Below the pieces are notes generated by a model that worked only from the letters and a program-made list of their open reading frames with translations, did no database searches and was not told where the DNA came from. From positions 1-64,000 of the IMG/VR virus record IMGVR_UViG_3300046454_000825: a stretch of 64,000 bases of DNA, one strand, 5' to 3'. This document shows positions 8,741-18,000 of the stretch, in pieces. The first letter of the stretch is position 1. Each line of letters opens with the position of its first letter. The stretch comes from a virus. Position numbers and translations under genes: made by a program.

Positions 8741-9343
8741 ATGGCGGTTCCGAAGAGTCAGTTCAAGAACACTTCCGGTGGCATTCTAGGTGCCACCACT
8801 CTCGACGGAAAGGGCGAACCGAAGGGCATTCCGCTCTGGCCCGACGAAACGATCTGGCTCTCCGAGGAGGAGCAGGCGCTCACCGCCAATGCTCCTCGCC
8901 ATGAAGAAGACAACCCGTTCAAGAACGGGAAACTGACCCTCCTCGTGAGGGCTCAGGACGTTCCGACCTCCCGTCCGATCGGAGACGACCAGGACATCGA
9001 CAACCCGCCGCCGCCGGCCGCACCCGCCGCCGAGGAGCCGGAGATGGACGAGATTCGCGAGGAGCAGCCTCCCACTCCCGAGGAGAGCTCCACCGGTGCT
9101 CCGCCCGAGTCCGAGGCTCCCGCCCCGGAGGGTGGCCGCGCGCAGAACGAGGAGGCCGCGGTCGTCGAGGAAAAGCCGGGCGACCCCGCCGACTTCGTCA
9201 GCCCCGACGACGAGGGCAAGGTCGAAGAGGCTCCGCTGGATACCACCGCCGACCGCGGTGCCGGCGTCCGCCCGTCGTCCTCACCGGTCGCTCCGCCGCC
9301 GGCTCCGGACCCGATGCCCGGCCCGCCGGAGTCGGCCGACTAG
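8741..9343 (+). CDS. Hypothetical protein: folded N-terminus plus acidic Pro/Glu-rich disordered tail
   Basis: GGAGGAG RBS; composition. Confidence 0.7.
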   Translation: MAVPKSQFKNTSGGILGATTLDGKGEPKGIPLWPDETIWLSEEEQALTANAPRHEEDNPFKNGKLTLLVRAQDVPTSRPIGDDQDIDNPPPPAAPAAEEPEMDEIREEQPPTPEESSTGAPPESEAPAPEGGRAQNEEAAVVEEKPGDPADFVSPDDEGKVEEAPLDTTADRGAGVRPSSSPVAPPPAPDPMPGPPESAD

Positions 9344-9363
9344 GACCGTAAGATCGGGGTTCG

Positions 9364-9960
9364 ATGGACGTCACGGACCCCACCGACACTCGGGTACTGA
9401 TTCCGCGCATCAGGCGCGCGATCGAACCGCCGAACTCCAGTGGCGAAGTGCTGCAGGATTCGCAGATCAACGCGATCGCCGCGGACGCGATCGCCGGCGT
9501 CATCTTCTACTCCGGGTCGCTGTTCGGCAAAAAGCTCGAAGTCTCGGCGCGCGACACGACCTACATGGCCCCGATCGCCTGGAAGACCGACGTCCCCCTG
9601 GAGGAGGCCGAGATCACCGCGATCGCAGCCCAGGCCTCGCTCGACTACTTCTACAGCTTCCTGGCCGGGTCCAAGACGGCCGAGACCATCGCCGACGAGG
9701 CGTCCAACTGGTCCTGGGAGAAAAGCCCGCAGGCCCTGGTCGAGCGCATGCGCCAGTTGAAGGCCGACCGAGACCAGGCGATCGAAGTCCTCTCCGAGGA
9801 AGCCGAGGCCGCGATGACCGAGTGGGTCTCCTTCATCGGCGAACGTGACGAACTCACCGCCCGGATCATCGAGCCCTGGGTGAAAGGCGAAGGCCCGATC
9901 TACAACGATCCCCGATTCGAGAGGTCAGGAGCCTTCTTCGGCGAATCGGAGTACATCTAG
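9364..9960 (+). CDS. Putative head-tail adaptor
   Basis: Position after the MCP; size; helical. Confidence 0.5.
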   Translation: MDVTDPTDTRVLIPRIRRAIEPPNSSGEVLQDSQINAIAADAIAGVIFYSGSLFGKKLEVSARDTTYMAPIAWKTDVPLEEAEITAIAAQASLDYFYSFLAGSKTAETIADEASNWSWEKSPQALVERMRQLKADRDQAIEVLSEEAEAAMTEWVSFIGERDELTARIIEPWVKGEGPIYNDPRFERSGAFFGESEYI

Positions 9961-10400
9961 TGGAACCCGACCTGGAAGGGTTCGTCGCTGCGCAGGAGCG
10001 CAAGCGGCAGGTGCTGGGCCAGGAGGTGACGTTCTTCATTCCCACCGACACCGTCTGGCCGGACGTTCCCGTCGACGAGGAGGGCGTGCCGCTCGACCCC
10101 ACTACCCAGCCGCTGTCCTCTGGCGTTGCCAGCGCCTCTGCCGTCGTCAGCCTGGTGAACCGTCCCGTGGCGGGCGGAGCCCGCGGTATCCAGCCTCATA
10201 GCGAGGAAACGGCCGTGGGCCTCGCTGAGCGCACCTCAGTGATCGCCATCATCGGCAAACCGCAGTACGACGAACTCGGGCTGGCCGGCGCGCAGGAAGC
10301 CGAAGTATTCGAAGCCCTCTACGCGGTGCGAGATAAACTTCTCGACCAGATGGGACCCGGACCACCCCAACGAGTACTGATCTTCCTGGAGAAAAGATGA
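9960..10400 (+). CDS. Putative head-closure protein
   Basis: Position, size, coupled GTG start. Confidence 0.45.
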   Translation: MEPDLEGFVAAQERKRQVLGQEVTFFIPTDTVWPDVPVDEEGVPLDPTTQPLSSGVASASAVVSLVNRPVAGGARGIQPHSEETAVGLAERTSVIAIIGKPQYDELGLAGAQEAEVFEALYAVRDKLLDQMGPGPPQRVLIFLEKR

Positions 10401-10885
10401 GCCTGACGCGCGAGGATTACGTCACCAAATCCGTGACGAAATACCTCAAGGACATACTTGCAACACGCGGCTACACAGATGACACAGTGGAGCTGCTGGA
10501 TTCCTTCCCGCAGACCGGGTTGGAATCGCCGCTCTCCAAGACCTTCATCGCCGCTGGCTTCAACTTCGACGATGGTGGTAAGCAGGCCGAGCTCGGATCG
10601 ACGCTCAAGTTCCGCCTATACACCATCGAGTTCTTCATCTTCGGAAATACCCGCACCTGGGCGAAGAATGTCGCAAACGCAGTGAAATTTTCTCTAGAGC
10701 AAGATCAAATTGTCCCCATTTTCAATATCCTCGATCCTGCGATGCCGCAGATGGATGCCATGCCGGTGATCAACTGCTCGGCAGAGCATCAGCCCATCCC
10801 GAAGCCGGCCCCCTGGGAAGAGAACGTCTGGACTGTTCACCTCCGGGTGGAAGACACCTATATAGCGGCCGACGCTGTCGCTTAG
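10397..10885 (+). CDS. Putative tail terminator/completion protein
   Basis: Position; YTIEFFIFG beta-strand pattern typical of tail terminators. Confidence 0.5.
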   Translation: MSLTREDYVTKSVTKYLKDILATRGYTDDTVELLDSFPQTGLESPLSKTFIAAGFNFDDGGKQAELGSTLKFRLYTIEFFIFGNTRTWAKNVANAVKFSLEQDQIVPIFNILDPAMPQMDAMPVINCSAEHQPIPKPAPWEENVWTVHLRVEDTYIAADAVA

Positions 10886-10891
10886 AAGGGG

Positions 10892-11265
10892 CTAGGTTGC
10901 TCGTCCTGGTTAGCTCCGACCGCTGCCAGATGACGCATCGCGGTTCGTCGGAAGACCCGCTTGCCGAGCTACACCATCGCCCGCAAGCATTATGGCATGG
11001 ATGTCCCCGGTCGACCTTCCTAGCGATCTACCAGGCGTCCAACCGGGAACAGAGCCGAGCGTCCACTCGCCCTCGCCCCCCAGAGATGCTGCTCCACTAT
11101 TCAGGGGCGGTTCGGCTCCGCCTGCCGAGCAGGGCTGACGGGAGGGCCGCAGCTTCAGACTCGGCGCGAGCCTACTAGATGGCAAGTTTTTTTGCTGTAG
11201 AACTTGCCAAAAAGTTGGCCCGCCGCCAGCCCGGTGGGTTAGGTCCGGTCTATGGGCGGCGGGCC
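10892..11265. ncRNA. Candidate structured non-coding RNA, about 370 nt
   Basis: No credible ORF; stems TAGCTC/GAGCTA, CCGAC/GTCGG, GAGCCGA/TCGGCTC, TGGCAAGTT/AACTTGCCA, GGCCCGCCGCC/GGCGGCGGGCC. Confidence 0.4.
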
Positions 11266-11294
11266 TCAACAAGGAGAAGCCAGAGGATCGTACC

Positions 11295-11456
11295 TCAGGC
11301 GGAGGGCGTTACCGGCCCCGTCGAGACGGCACCTTCGACCGCGATCTGGACGGCCTGGCTGTGCTGCAGCTCCAGGCTGTTGACCACGTTGCCGTCGTTG
11401 TCGCTGACCGTGATGGCCGGGCAACCGTCTGCGTCGTTGACGATGTCGATCTTCAC
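11295..11456 (-). CDS. Small 53-aa protein on the antisense strand (MKIDIVNDADGCPAITVSD...), absent from the ORF track
   Basis: GAAAGGA RBS before GTG; high-GC3 codon usage. Confidence 0.65.
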   Translation of the reverse strand: MKIDIVNDADGCPAITVSDNDGNVVNSLELQHSQAVQIAVEGAVSTGPVTPSA

Positions 11457-11567
11457 TGGGGTCCTTTCGTAGGTGGATATGCGCGGCCCGCGGCTTACGA
11501 GTGATCGAGGAGGGTGCTAGCCGGTCCCCCGCTCAGCGTTGGCCGCGCAGGGGGATACTATCCTCCC

Positions 11568-12224
11568 ATGGCGGAATTGGGCGAAGAAGGCTTCTACGCC
11601 GTCTTGCCGACGCCGCCGGCGCTGCTCGGCGGGCTGGAGCTCCTGGCCGAGGCCCTGGTGCTCGCGCGACGCCTGGTAGGGCTCGCCCCGACGGCCCAGA
11701 TAGAGTCCCTTATCGCTGCTGTTGAGTCTCGCGTCAACGCCACCGGGCAGGAGGTGGCGCTCGCCTCGGAGAGGCTGATCGTCGACAAGATCAACCAGAC
11801 GAGGGTCCGGCCTGAAGCAGATCGTGGCCGAAAGCACCTGGCAGACGGGGTGAAGTCAGAGTCGCTGGGGCTCGGCGCGGTTGGCATCGGCTCGATTCCC
11901 GAGCTCGACACGGTCGTAGGCAGTGATGGCAAACCCTTCTGGCGCGCGCAGGAGTACGGCTCTCACCATCTGGTTGGCAGGACGATCCCAGGCCTCTTCC
12001 AGCCCGGCGGTGTGCAGGCCTCTCAGGAGGATTTCCGGGTCCACCCGATCTTCGAGGTGGGTGAAGGCGGCGCAATGACGATTCGCCGGCCGATCCCCGC
12101 CCGTCACTTCATGCGCGACGGCGCTGCAGAGGCCACTGTGCTGCGCGAGCGACTATTCGGTGAGACCCAAACTGTGGCGATCGCCGAGATCCGCGCGATC
12201 CGCGCCGCGGTCGCTGCGCTCTAG
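11568..12224 (+). CDS. HK97 gp10-like neck/tail component
   Basis: PFWRAQEYGS and IPARHFMRD motifs; TACTAT 6 nt before ATG 11568 suggests a leaderless start. Confidence 0.6.
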   Translation: MAELGEEGFYAVLPTPPALLGGLELLAEALVLARRLVGLAPTAQIESLIAAVESRVNATGQEVALASERLIVDKINQTRVRPEADRGRKHLADGVKSESLGLGAVGIGSIPELDTVVGSDGKPFWRAQEYGSHHLVGRTIPGLFQPGGVQASQEDFRVHPIFEVGEGGAMTIRRPIPARHFMRDGAAEATVLRERLFGETQTVAIAEIRAIRAAVAAL

Positions 12225-12258
12225 CAAGCCAAATCACACTTTGGCGTCTGCCGGTCAC

Positions 12259-12268
12259 TCGTATATTA
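12259..12268 (+). promoter_or_regulatory. Late-promoter motif copy 5 (TCGTATATTA)
   Basis: 9 nt upstream of ATG 12278; heads the tail operon. Confidence 0.7.
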
Positions 12269-12277
12269 AGTCTCGGC

Positions 12278-12562
12278 ATGGCGGAGACGGGCGACGGTAG
12301 TCGAAACGCATACGTTCACAAGCGGAAGGGCCGATACATGGCGCAACTGCTGGAGGCGTTCGAGGAAACAATCGAGCCCCTGATACCAGCAGAAGCGTCG
12401 AAAGAGTTCAAAGCCCTTGTACGGCGAAAGATGAATGCACTGGCAGCGGATGCGATCGAGCTTTTGGAGTTGGAGGAAAAGGCCATTAACGGTGCAGCGC
12501 AAGACATCCGAGATCGAATCTTCCCAGACGGAGCTGCGCAGCCAACTGCGAGGAGAGGTTAG
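12278..12562 (+). CDS. Hypothetical helical protein
   Basis: ORF between the promoter motif and the major tail gene. Confidence 0.6.
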   Translation: MAETGDGSRNAYVHKRKGRYMAQLLEAFEETIEPLIPAEASKEFKALVRRKMNALAADAIELLELEEKAINGAAQDIRDRIFPDGAAQPTARRG

Positions 12563-13795
12563 ATGAGTATTCGAGCCGGAAGCATTCTGCACGTCGGTGG
12601 TCAGAACGTCATCGACCGCATCCAGCAGGCAGGGTTGGGGAACGTCAACCTCCCCGTCGAGACGATTCGCGAGGTGGGTAACCGTGAGGTGGTCGACAAG
12701 ATCACCCAGGAGCCCGACTTCTCGTTCTCGATCCAGAGCTTCAACGTCGGCATCGAGCTGATGGCCTTCCTCACCGGCAAATCCGGCACCGGGCAGGCCT
12801 CCGGCTCCGGCCCAGGTGCGGCGGACCCCGAAGGGACCGAATACAACTGGCTCGACTGCGGCTTCGTCAACATCGCGTCGCCGTGGAAGAACCCGGCCAC
12901 CGGTTCCGCCGGCATCGTCGAGGCCGGCCACCTGATCCCGGGCTACTACCCGACCAAATACTCCCTCAGCTTCGGAGTCACCGACAACGCTCAGCAGACC
13001 GCCGAGCTCTCCGGTGGCTCCTTCTTCTACGCGAAAGCCGCGCCGCGCGAGGAGAAATTCGAAGGCAACGGCGCGACGACCGCGTTCGAAACGACCGACG
13101 TCACCATTCACTACCGCAAGGGCGGCTCGGAAGGCTCAACGTTCCGCGACGTCTTCGGTGTGATCGTCGCCGGCACGCTGATGACCGAGGGGATCGACTA
13201 CACGATCACCGGCGGCAACGGGTCGAAAGCGAAAATCGAATTCACGGTCGCTCCGGCCAATAAAGCCGACATCCGCTGCTGCTACTTCACCAGCGCGGAA
13301 AAGAGCTTCCCGCAGACCGTCCACGCCTCCTCGCAGGTGGTGCCGGGCGCGGTCCGCGGTCGCAACATCGTGGTCAAGGTCGCGGGAGCCCGCCTCGGCG
13401 GCGTCCAGACCTTCACGCTGGAAGCCACCGTCGAAGGTGAAGTCGAACGCGAGATGGGCACCGAAGACGTCATCGGCTATGTCGTCAACGGGACCGACTG
13501 CACCGGGACCGCGACCGTCCGCGCCAAGGACAAAGCGGCGTTCTTCTCGGCCCTCAACAAGGTGACCGGCGTCTCCGAATCGGAGGTCTTCGGCTGGTTC
13601 AACGACCACACGGTGGAACTGCTGGTCGAAATCCAGAACCCGAAGAACCCGGGCCAGATCTTGAAGAAAGTCAAGGTGACTGACGCCAAGTTCGAGCCCC
13701 CGGGCACGCCGGCGCAGGTCAACCAGGCCACGGACTTCCAGTTCCAGTGGTCCTCGGTCACCGGCACCTTCTCCGAGGTGAAGGGCTCGATCTAA
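12563..13795 (+). CDS. Major tail (tube) protein
   Basis: 410 aa, Gly/Thr-rich, with an Ig-like insert (FEGNGATTAF..DYTITG..IEFTVAP); precedes the chaperones and tape measure. Confidence 0.7.
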   Translation: MSIRAGSILHVGGQNVIDRIQQAGLGNVNLPVETIREVGNREVVDKITQEPDFSFSIQSFNVGIELMAFLTGKSGTGQASGSGPGAADPEGTEYNWLDCGFVNIASPWKNPATGSAGIVEAGHLIPGYYPTKYSLSFGVTDNAQQTAELSGGSFFYAKAAPREEKFEGNGATTAFETTDVTIHYRKGGSEGSTFRDVFGVIVAGTLMTEGIDYTITGGNGSKAKIEFTVAPANKADIRCCYFTSAEKSFPQTVHASSQVVPGAVRGRNIVVKVAGARLGGVQTFTLEATVEGEVEREMGTEDVIGYVVNGTDCTGTATVRAKDKAAFFSALNKVTGVSESEVFGWFNDHTVELLVEIQNPKNPGQILKKVKVTDAKFEPPGTPAQVNQATDFQFQWSSVTGTFSEVKGSI

Positions 13796-13898
13796 GCCGC
13801 ACCTCACATAGCGGCTCCGGCCGCGCACTACGGACTCGGCGCTCGAAAGAGCAAGGCACAGGCAAAGCGGGCGATCAGCCCCTACAGGAAGGAAGCAC

Positions 13899-14765
13899 AT
13901 GGAGGCAGCAACCACCGAGATCCCACAGGAGTCGACCGCGGAGACCTCTCCGGCGGAGACCGACACCCCCAAGGGCATCTACAGCTACTCGCGCTACGTC
14001 CACGTCGGACCGGGCGCAGAGGAGTGCGAGCACCGCGAGGATGGGGCCTGCGAGGACAGCTCCCACTTCCACGCCTGGTGCCGGCTCCCGAACCAGTTCG
14101 AGCGCAAAAGCCTGCGCGACAAGGGCCTGGCGGCGCGAGCTCGCAAACTGCGCACGCTCGAAGACCCCGAATCAGACTCGCGGGTAGTCATGGACGGCGA
14201 GCTCAGGGCGATCGCCAACCGCGGCGACACCGCGGCGCTGGTCGAAGAAATCGTCAACCAGGAATTCCTGCGCGATCAGCTCTCCGCGATGGAACAGGTC
14301 GCCGAGGACGCCGACGGCGACTGGGATCTGATCGACGAGGACAAGGAGCGCCTGCGCGCCCTGGAGGCCCTGCCGGAGGAGGAGCGCTCCGAGGAGGAGT
14401 TCACCGGCCTGCGCAAACGGATCTCCGACTACACGGAGAAGGTCAACGCCGCGCGGGAGGAGATCCAGGCACCCCGCAAGGATGCGATCGAGGGGAAGTC
14501 GATCGACGAGCTGGTGGACATCGTCCGCGAACAGCGGATGGAGAACATCGCCAACCAGGAGCAAAACGAGGAGTACGCAAAGTGGCAGTGGTACATCGGC
14601 ACCTTCAAGCCGAAGTCACCCGACAAGCCTGGCTTTCCCGACGAGCGGATGTGGGCCGACATCAACGGCTTCACCCATGCGGCCGAGGAGGAGATCGAAG
14701 CCGTTTCGGTGGCGATCGGGGCTCTTGAAGCCGAAAGCGCCGCCTCCCTAAAAGGCTTCTCCTAG
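13899..14765 (+). CDS. Tail assembly chaperone (G-like)
   Basis: Acidic; between major tail and tape measure genes. Confidence 0.6.
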   Translation: MEAATTEIPQESTAETSPAETDTPKGIYSYSRYVHVGPGAEECEHREDGACEDSSHFHAWCRLPNQFERKSLRDKGLAARARKLRTLEDPESDSRVVMDGELRAIANRGDTAALVEEIVNQEFLRDQLSAMEQVAEDADGDWDLIDEDKERLRALEALPEEERSEEEFTGLRKRISDYTEKVNAAREEIQAPRKDAIEGKSIDELVDIVREQRMENIANQEQNEEYAKWQWYIGTFKPKSPDKPGFPDERMWADINGFTHAAEEEIEAVSVAIGALEAESAASLKGFS

Positions 14766-15082
14766 ACGACTCATGGATCGACACGGTGAGAATTGCCCGG
14801 GAAATGGGGACAGTGCAGTCACTGTTCCCTCCGGGTATCACCGACCTCAGAGAACTGCCAGGCGGCTACTTCGATGCGATCACCATGGCGCTCAGCTTCC
14901 TCAGCTTCGAGGAGCTGCCCAGCGAGGATCGCCCGCCGCGCCGCATCTGGCTCAGCCACGAGAAGCTGAAGGCACACTTCGACGCCGTCAAAGCCCGCCA
15001 GAAGGAAAAGGCGGACCCCGACAACGAGCCGATCGAGGACCCGGTGGATAACCCGGCCGCGAGGGATCTGATTGCCCGGTAG
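14746..15082 (+). CDS. Tail assembly chaperone T-like segment in the -1 frame (probable programmed frameshift)
   Basis: The -1 frame is open across the upstream stop (..KRLLLDDSWIDTVRIAREMG..); CCCTAAAAG just before the stop. Confidence 0.55.
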
Positions 15083-18000
15083 CTTCGACTTCGGGGCATT
15101 CGAGAAGGAAGCTGCTCAGCTTCTCGCTCAACTGCGCGCCAGCGCGGATCGCATTGCCGCGGTCGAGAAGGAGATCAAAGGCGGTCGGGCGACGACCTCA
15201 GAGGTTCGCTCGGCCGCAAGTGAGCCTGCCGCCGCCGGTGCTCCCGGTGAGGTCTCCAAGAGCGCAGAGGCGGAGATTCGTAGCAGGGGGCTCGCCACCG
15301 ACCAGCTCCTGGCCAAACAGCGCGAGCTGACCACTGCGACGCGCGCTTCCTCAGAGTCCGAGCGCGTCATGGCGCAGACGATGGCCCAGACCAGCGCCGG
15401 GATGCAGAAATCCGGTGCCCTCACCAACGAGTTCGTCGACGCTGCCAAACGCGGTGAGGTAACGGTCAGGGAGCTCGGACAGCAGGTTGCCGGGACGATC
15501 GCGAAGTTCGGTGGCTGGATCGTCGCCGGTTCGGCCGTGTACTTCGCCTTCGATGCGCTGTCTGCTGTTAAGCGCGGCGCGATCGACGCATCCTCAGGGG
15601 TGAATGAGCTGCAGCGAGTCGTAAACGGCGTCAACACCAGAAAGGCTCAACAGGAATTCCAATCGCTGGCCGGTCACTTCAACCTCCCGATCAAAGAGGT
15701 CGCGGACGCGGCCTACGAAATGGGGAAGGTCTTCAACAATCAAGAGCAGGCGTTCACTGCTGCCAAACAGGTGCTTTACGCGGTCAAGATCGGCGAGCTC
15801 GACACTGCGGCTGCATCTCGGTACCTGATCTCGATCATCAACGGCTTCCATCTCCCTGCGAGTCGGATGGCCGATGTGCTCGATCAGGTCAACCAGGCTC
15901 AGAATAACTTCGGCGTATCGACCGAAGATGTTCTCTCGGGTGTGGCGAAGGCATCAGGTGCCTTCCATCAGGCCAGCGGTGAGTTCAAACAGTACGGTAA
16001 GGACTACAGCTACCTGCTGGCTCTGATCACCACCGGTGTCAAGGTCACCGGCCAGACCGGGCCGACGGTCGGTACCGCGATCGCTCGCGCCCCCAACTTC
16101 CTCCGTCGCCCATCCAACCAGGAGGTGCTCCGCCAGTTCGGCATTGAACCGAACGGGCCGATCGAGAAGGTGTTGAACGAAGCCTTCAAACGGGTGAAAA
16201 CCCTCACCGGTAAACAGGTCCAGGAGCTCGCCGCCGGGATCGGCGGTCCACAGTATGGAGCGCGTGTCTTCACTGGGCTGCTCTCCAACTACCAGAAATT
16301 CAAAGAAGTATCTGAGGGGACCTCGCCGAAAGCCTCGAAAGGATCTGCACAGCGAGAGCTTAATCGACAGCTTGGTGGTGTCAATGAGCAGGTTACAAAA
16401 CTAGGGATCTCCCTCGAACGAATTGGTGAGGGACTTGTCAGCTCGCATCTGCTCGATTCACTGGGTCTCATGTTGGGTTCCATTAATTCGCTGTTGAGTG
16501 GTGTCAATTACCTCGTTCAGGACTTCAGCAAATTGCCTGATTTCACTCAGAAGTTCTTGGCCTATCTCATACAGGCTTCGATCGTGCTTCGGCTCATGCG
16601 CCGGGGTCAGGTGGGCGAGCTAATTGGAGGTGGCCCAGGGGCTCAGCCGGGTGCTGTCCGAGGTGGGATAGCCGGCTTCTTCGGCGAGGGGGACAAGGGT
16701 TTCGCTCGTCGCGCGCGCACAAGCCTGGTCAACGAGCAGGAGGCTCTCCTTCGCGAGCGTGGTGGCCTGGGTGGTCAGCTCTCCAGGGCAGCGGCCGAGG
16801 AACGTTACACAGGTCAGGGTGCAGTCGCGGCTAACGCGGCCCTGATCAAGGAGCAGCAGCGCTCCGGACCTCTCAGCGCCGAGACAGCAGCAGCGCAGAC
16901 CCGTCAGATTGCCGCCGAGCGCGCCTATGTGGCAGCGCAGGAAACGACGATCGCCCTGAAGCAGAAAGAGGCCTCCTCGGCTGAGCGGCTGGCCAGCGTG
17001 CAGGCCTCCCTGAGCAGGGTCAATAACTTCGGCGGTCGACTCAACACCAAAGCCGCATTGGAGGAGGCCCGTAGGCAGGGGCTGCCGTTGCCGGCCGGGT
17101 ACGGCAAAGGTGGTGTCGAGCCTCCCGTCCGGCTCGCCACGCCGGTCCTGCCCTCCCAACAGGCCGAGCTCGATGCGGTGAAAGAGATGGAAAAACGCGG
17201 GCTGATCCCGCCGGGTCTTGAAAGCGAGACCCAGCGCGCGACTCAGTCGACCGCCGGCGCTACGGGGCGTCTCACCGGCCTGGGGCAGAAATTCGGCGGG
17301 CTCCGCGGTGGCCTTGGCAAGATGGGCGGCGCGATGAGCCAGCTTCTCGGCCGCGCCGGTGAGCTCGCCTTCGCCGCCTTCACGATCGGCTTCCTCGCTG
17401 ACGCGCTCACCGGCGTCGCCAATAGCGTCGGTAGCGAGTTCGAACACGTCGGTTCGAGTGTGACCAGCGCCAAAGCCGCGGCCGAACGGGCGAAAGAAAA
17501 CGCCGAAGGATCAAAAGCAGGTGAATCCTTCAAGGAGCGCCTCTTCAACGCGGTCACCGAACACACCAACATCGGACCGGTTCCGATCCCGACACTTGGT
17601 CTTGGCTCACAGAAGGGCATCGGTGAAGAACGGGCAGAAGCCGAAGAACAGGCACTTGCCACCTACCGGGAGATCCAGAGCCTCCAGGCCAAAGAGCGCG
17701 GTAGCGGTAAAACAGTTCAGTACCGGTACGCCTCAGACATTGAAAAAAACATCAAGCAGGTCGAAAAGTCCGGCAAGAGCCGTAAGGAAATTCGCGAAGC
17801 TCTTAACAAGTACGACGAACAGATCGCACAGTCTTCGCAGGCACTGCTGGGTGGCAAAAACGCCAAAGGTGAACTCGAACAGGCGAAGACGGTTCTCAGT
17901 AAAGCGAGGGTCAAGAGCGCTGCGAGTAACGAACTGGTTGAAAAGCTGCAGCTACTTACCTCGAAAGAAATCTCCGAACGACTGCAGGCGTCGGTCACAC

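Noticed and set aside
9346-9355. Partial late-motif copy CCGTAAGATC (also ACGTTAATTC on the minus strand near 29937-29946)
   Set aside because: Three or more mismatches to TCGTAnATTA; not counted, though they could be weak promoters
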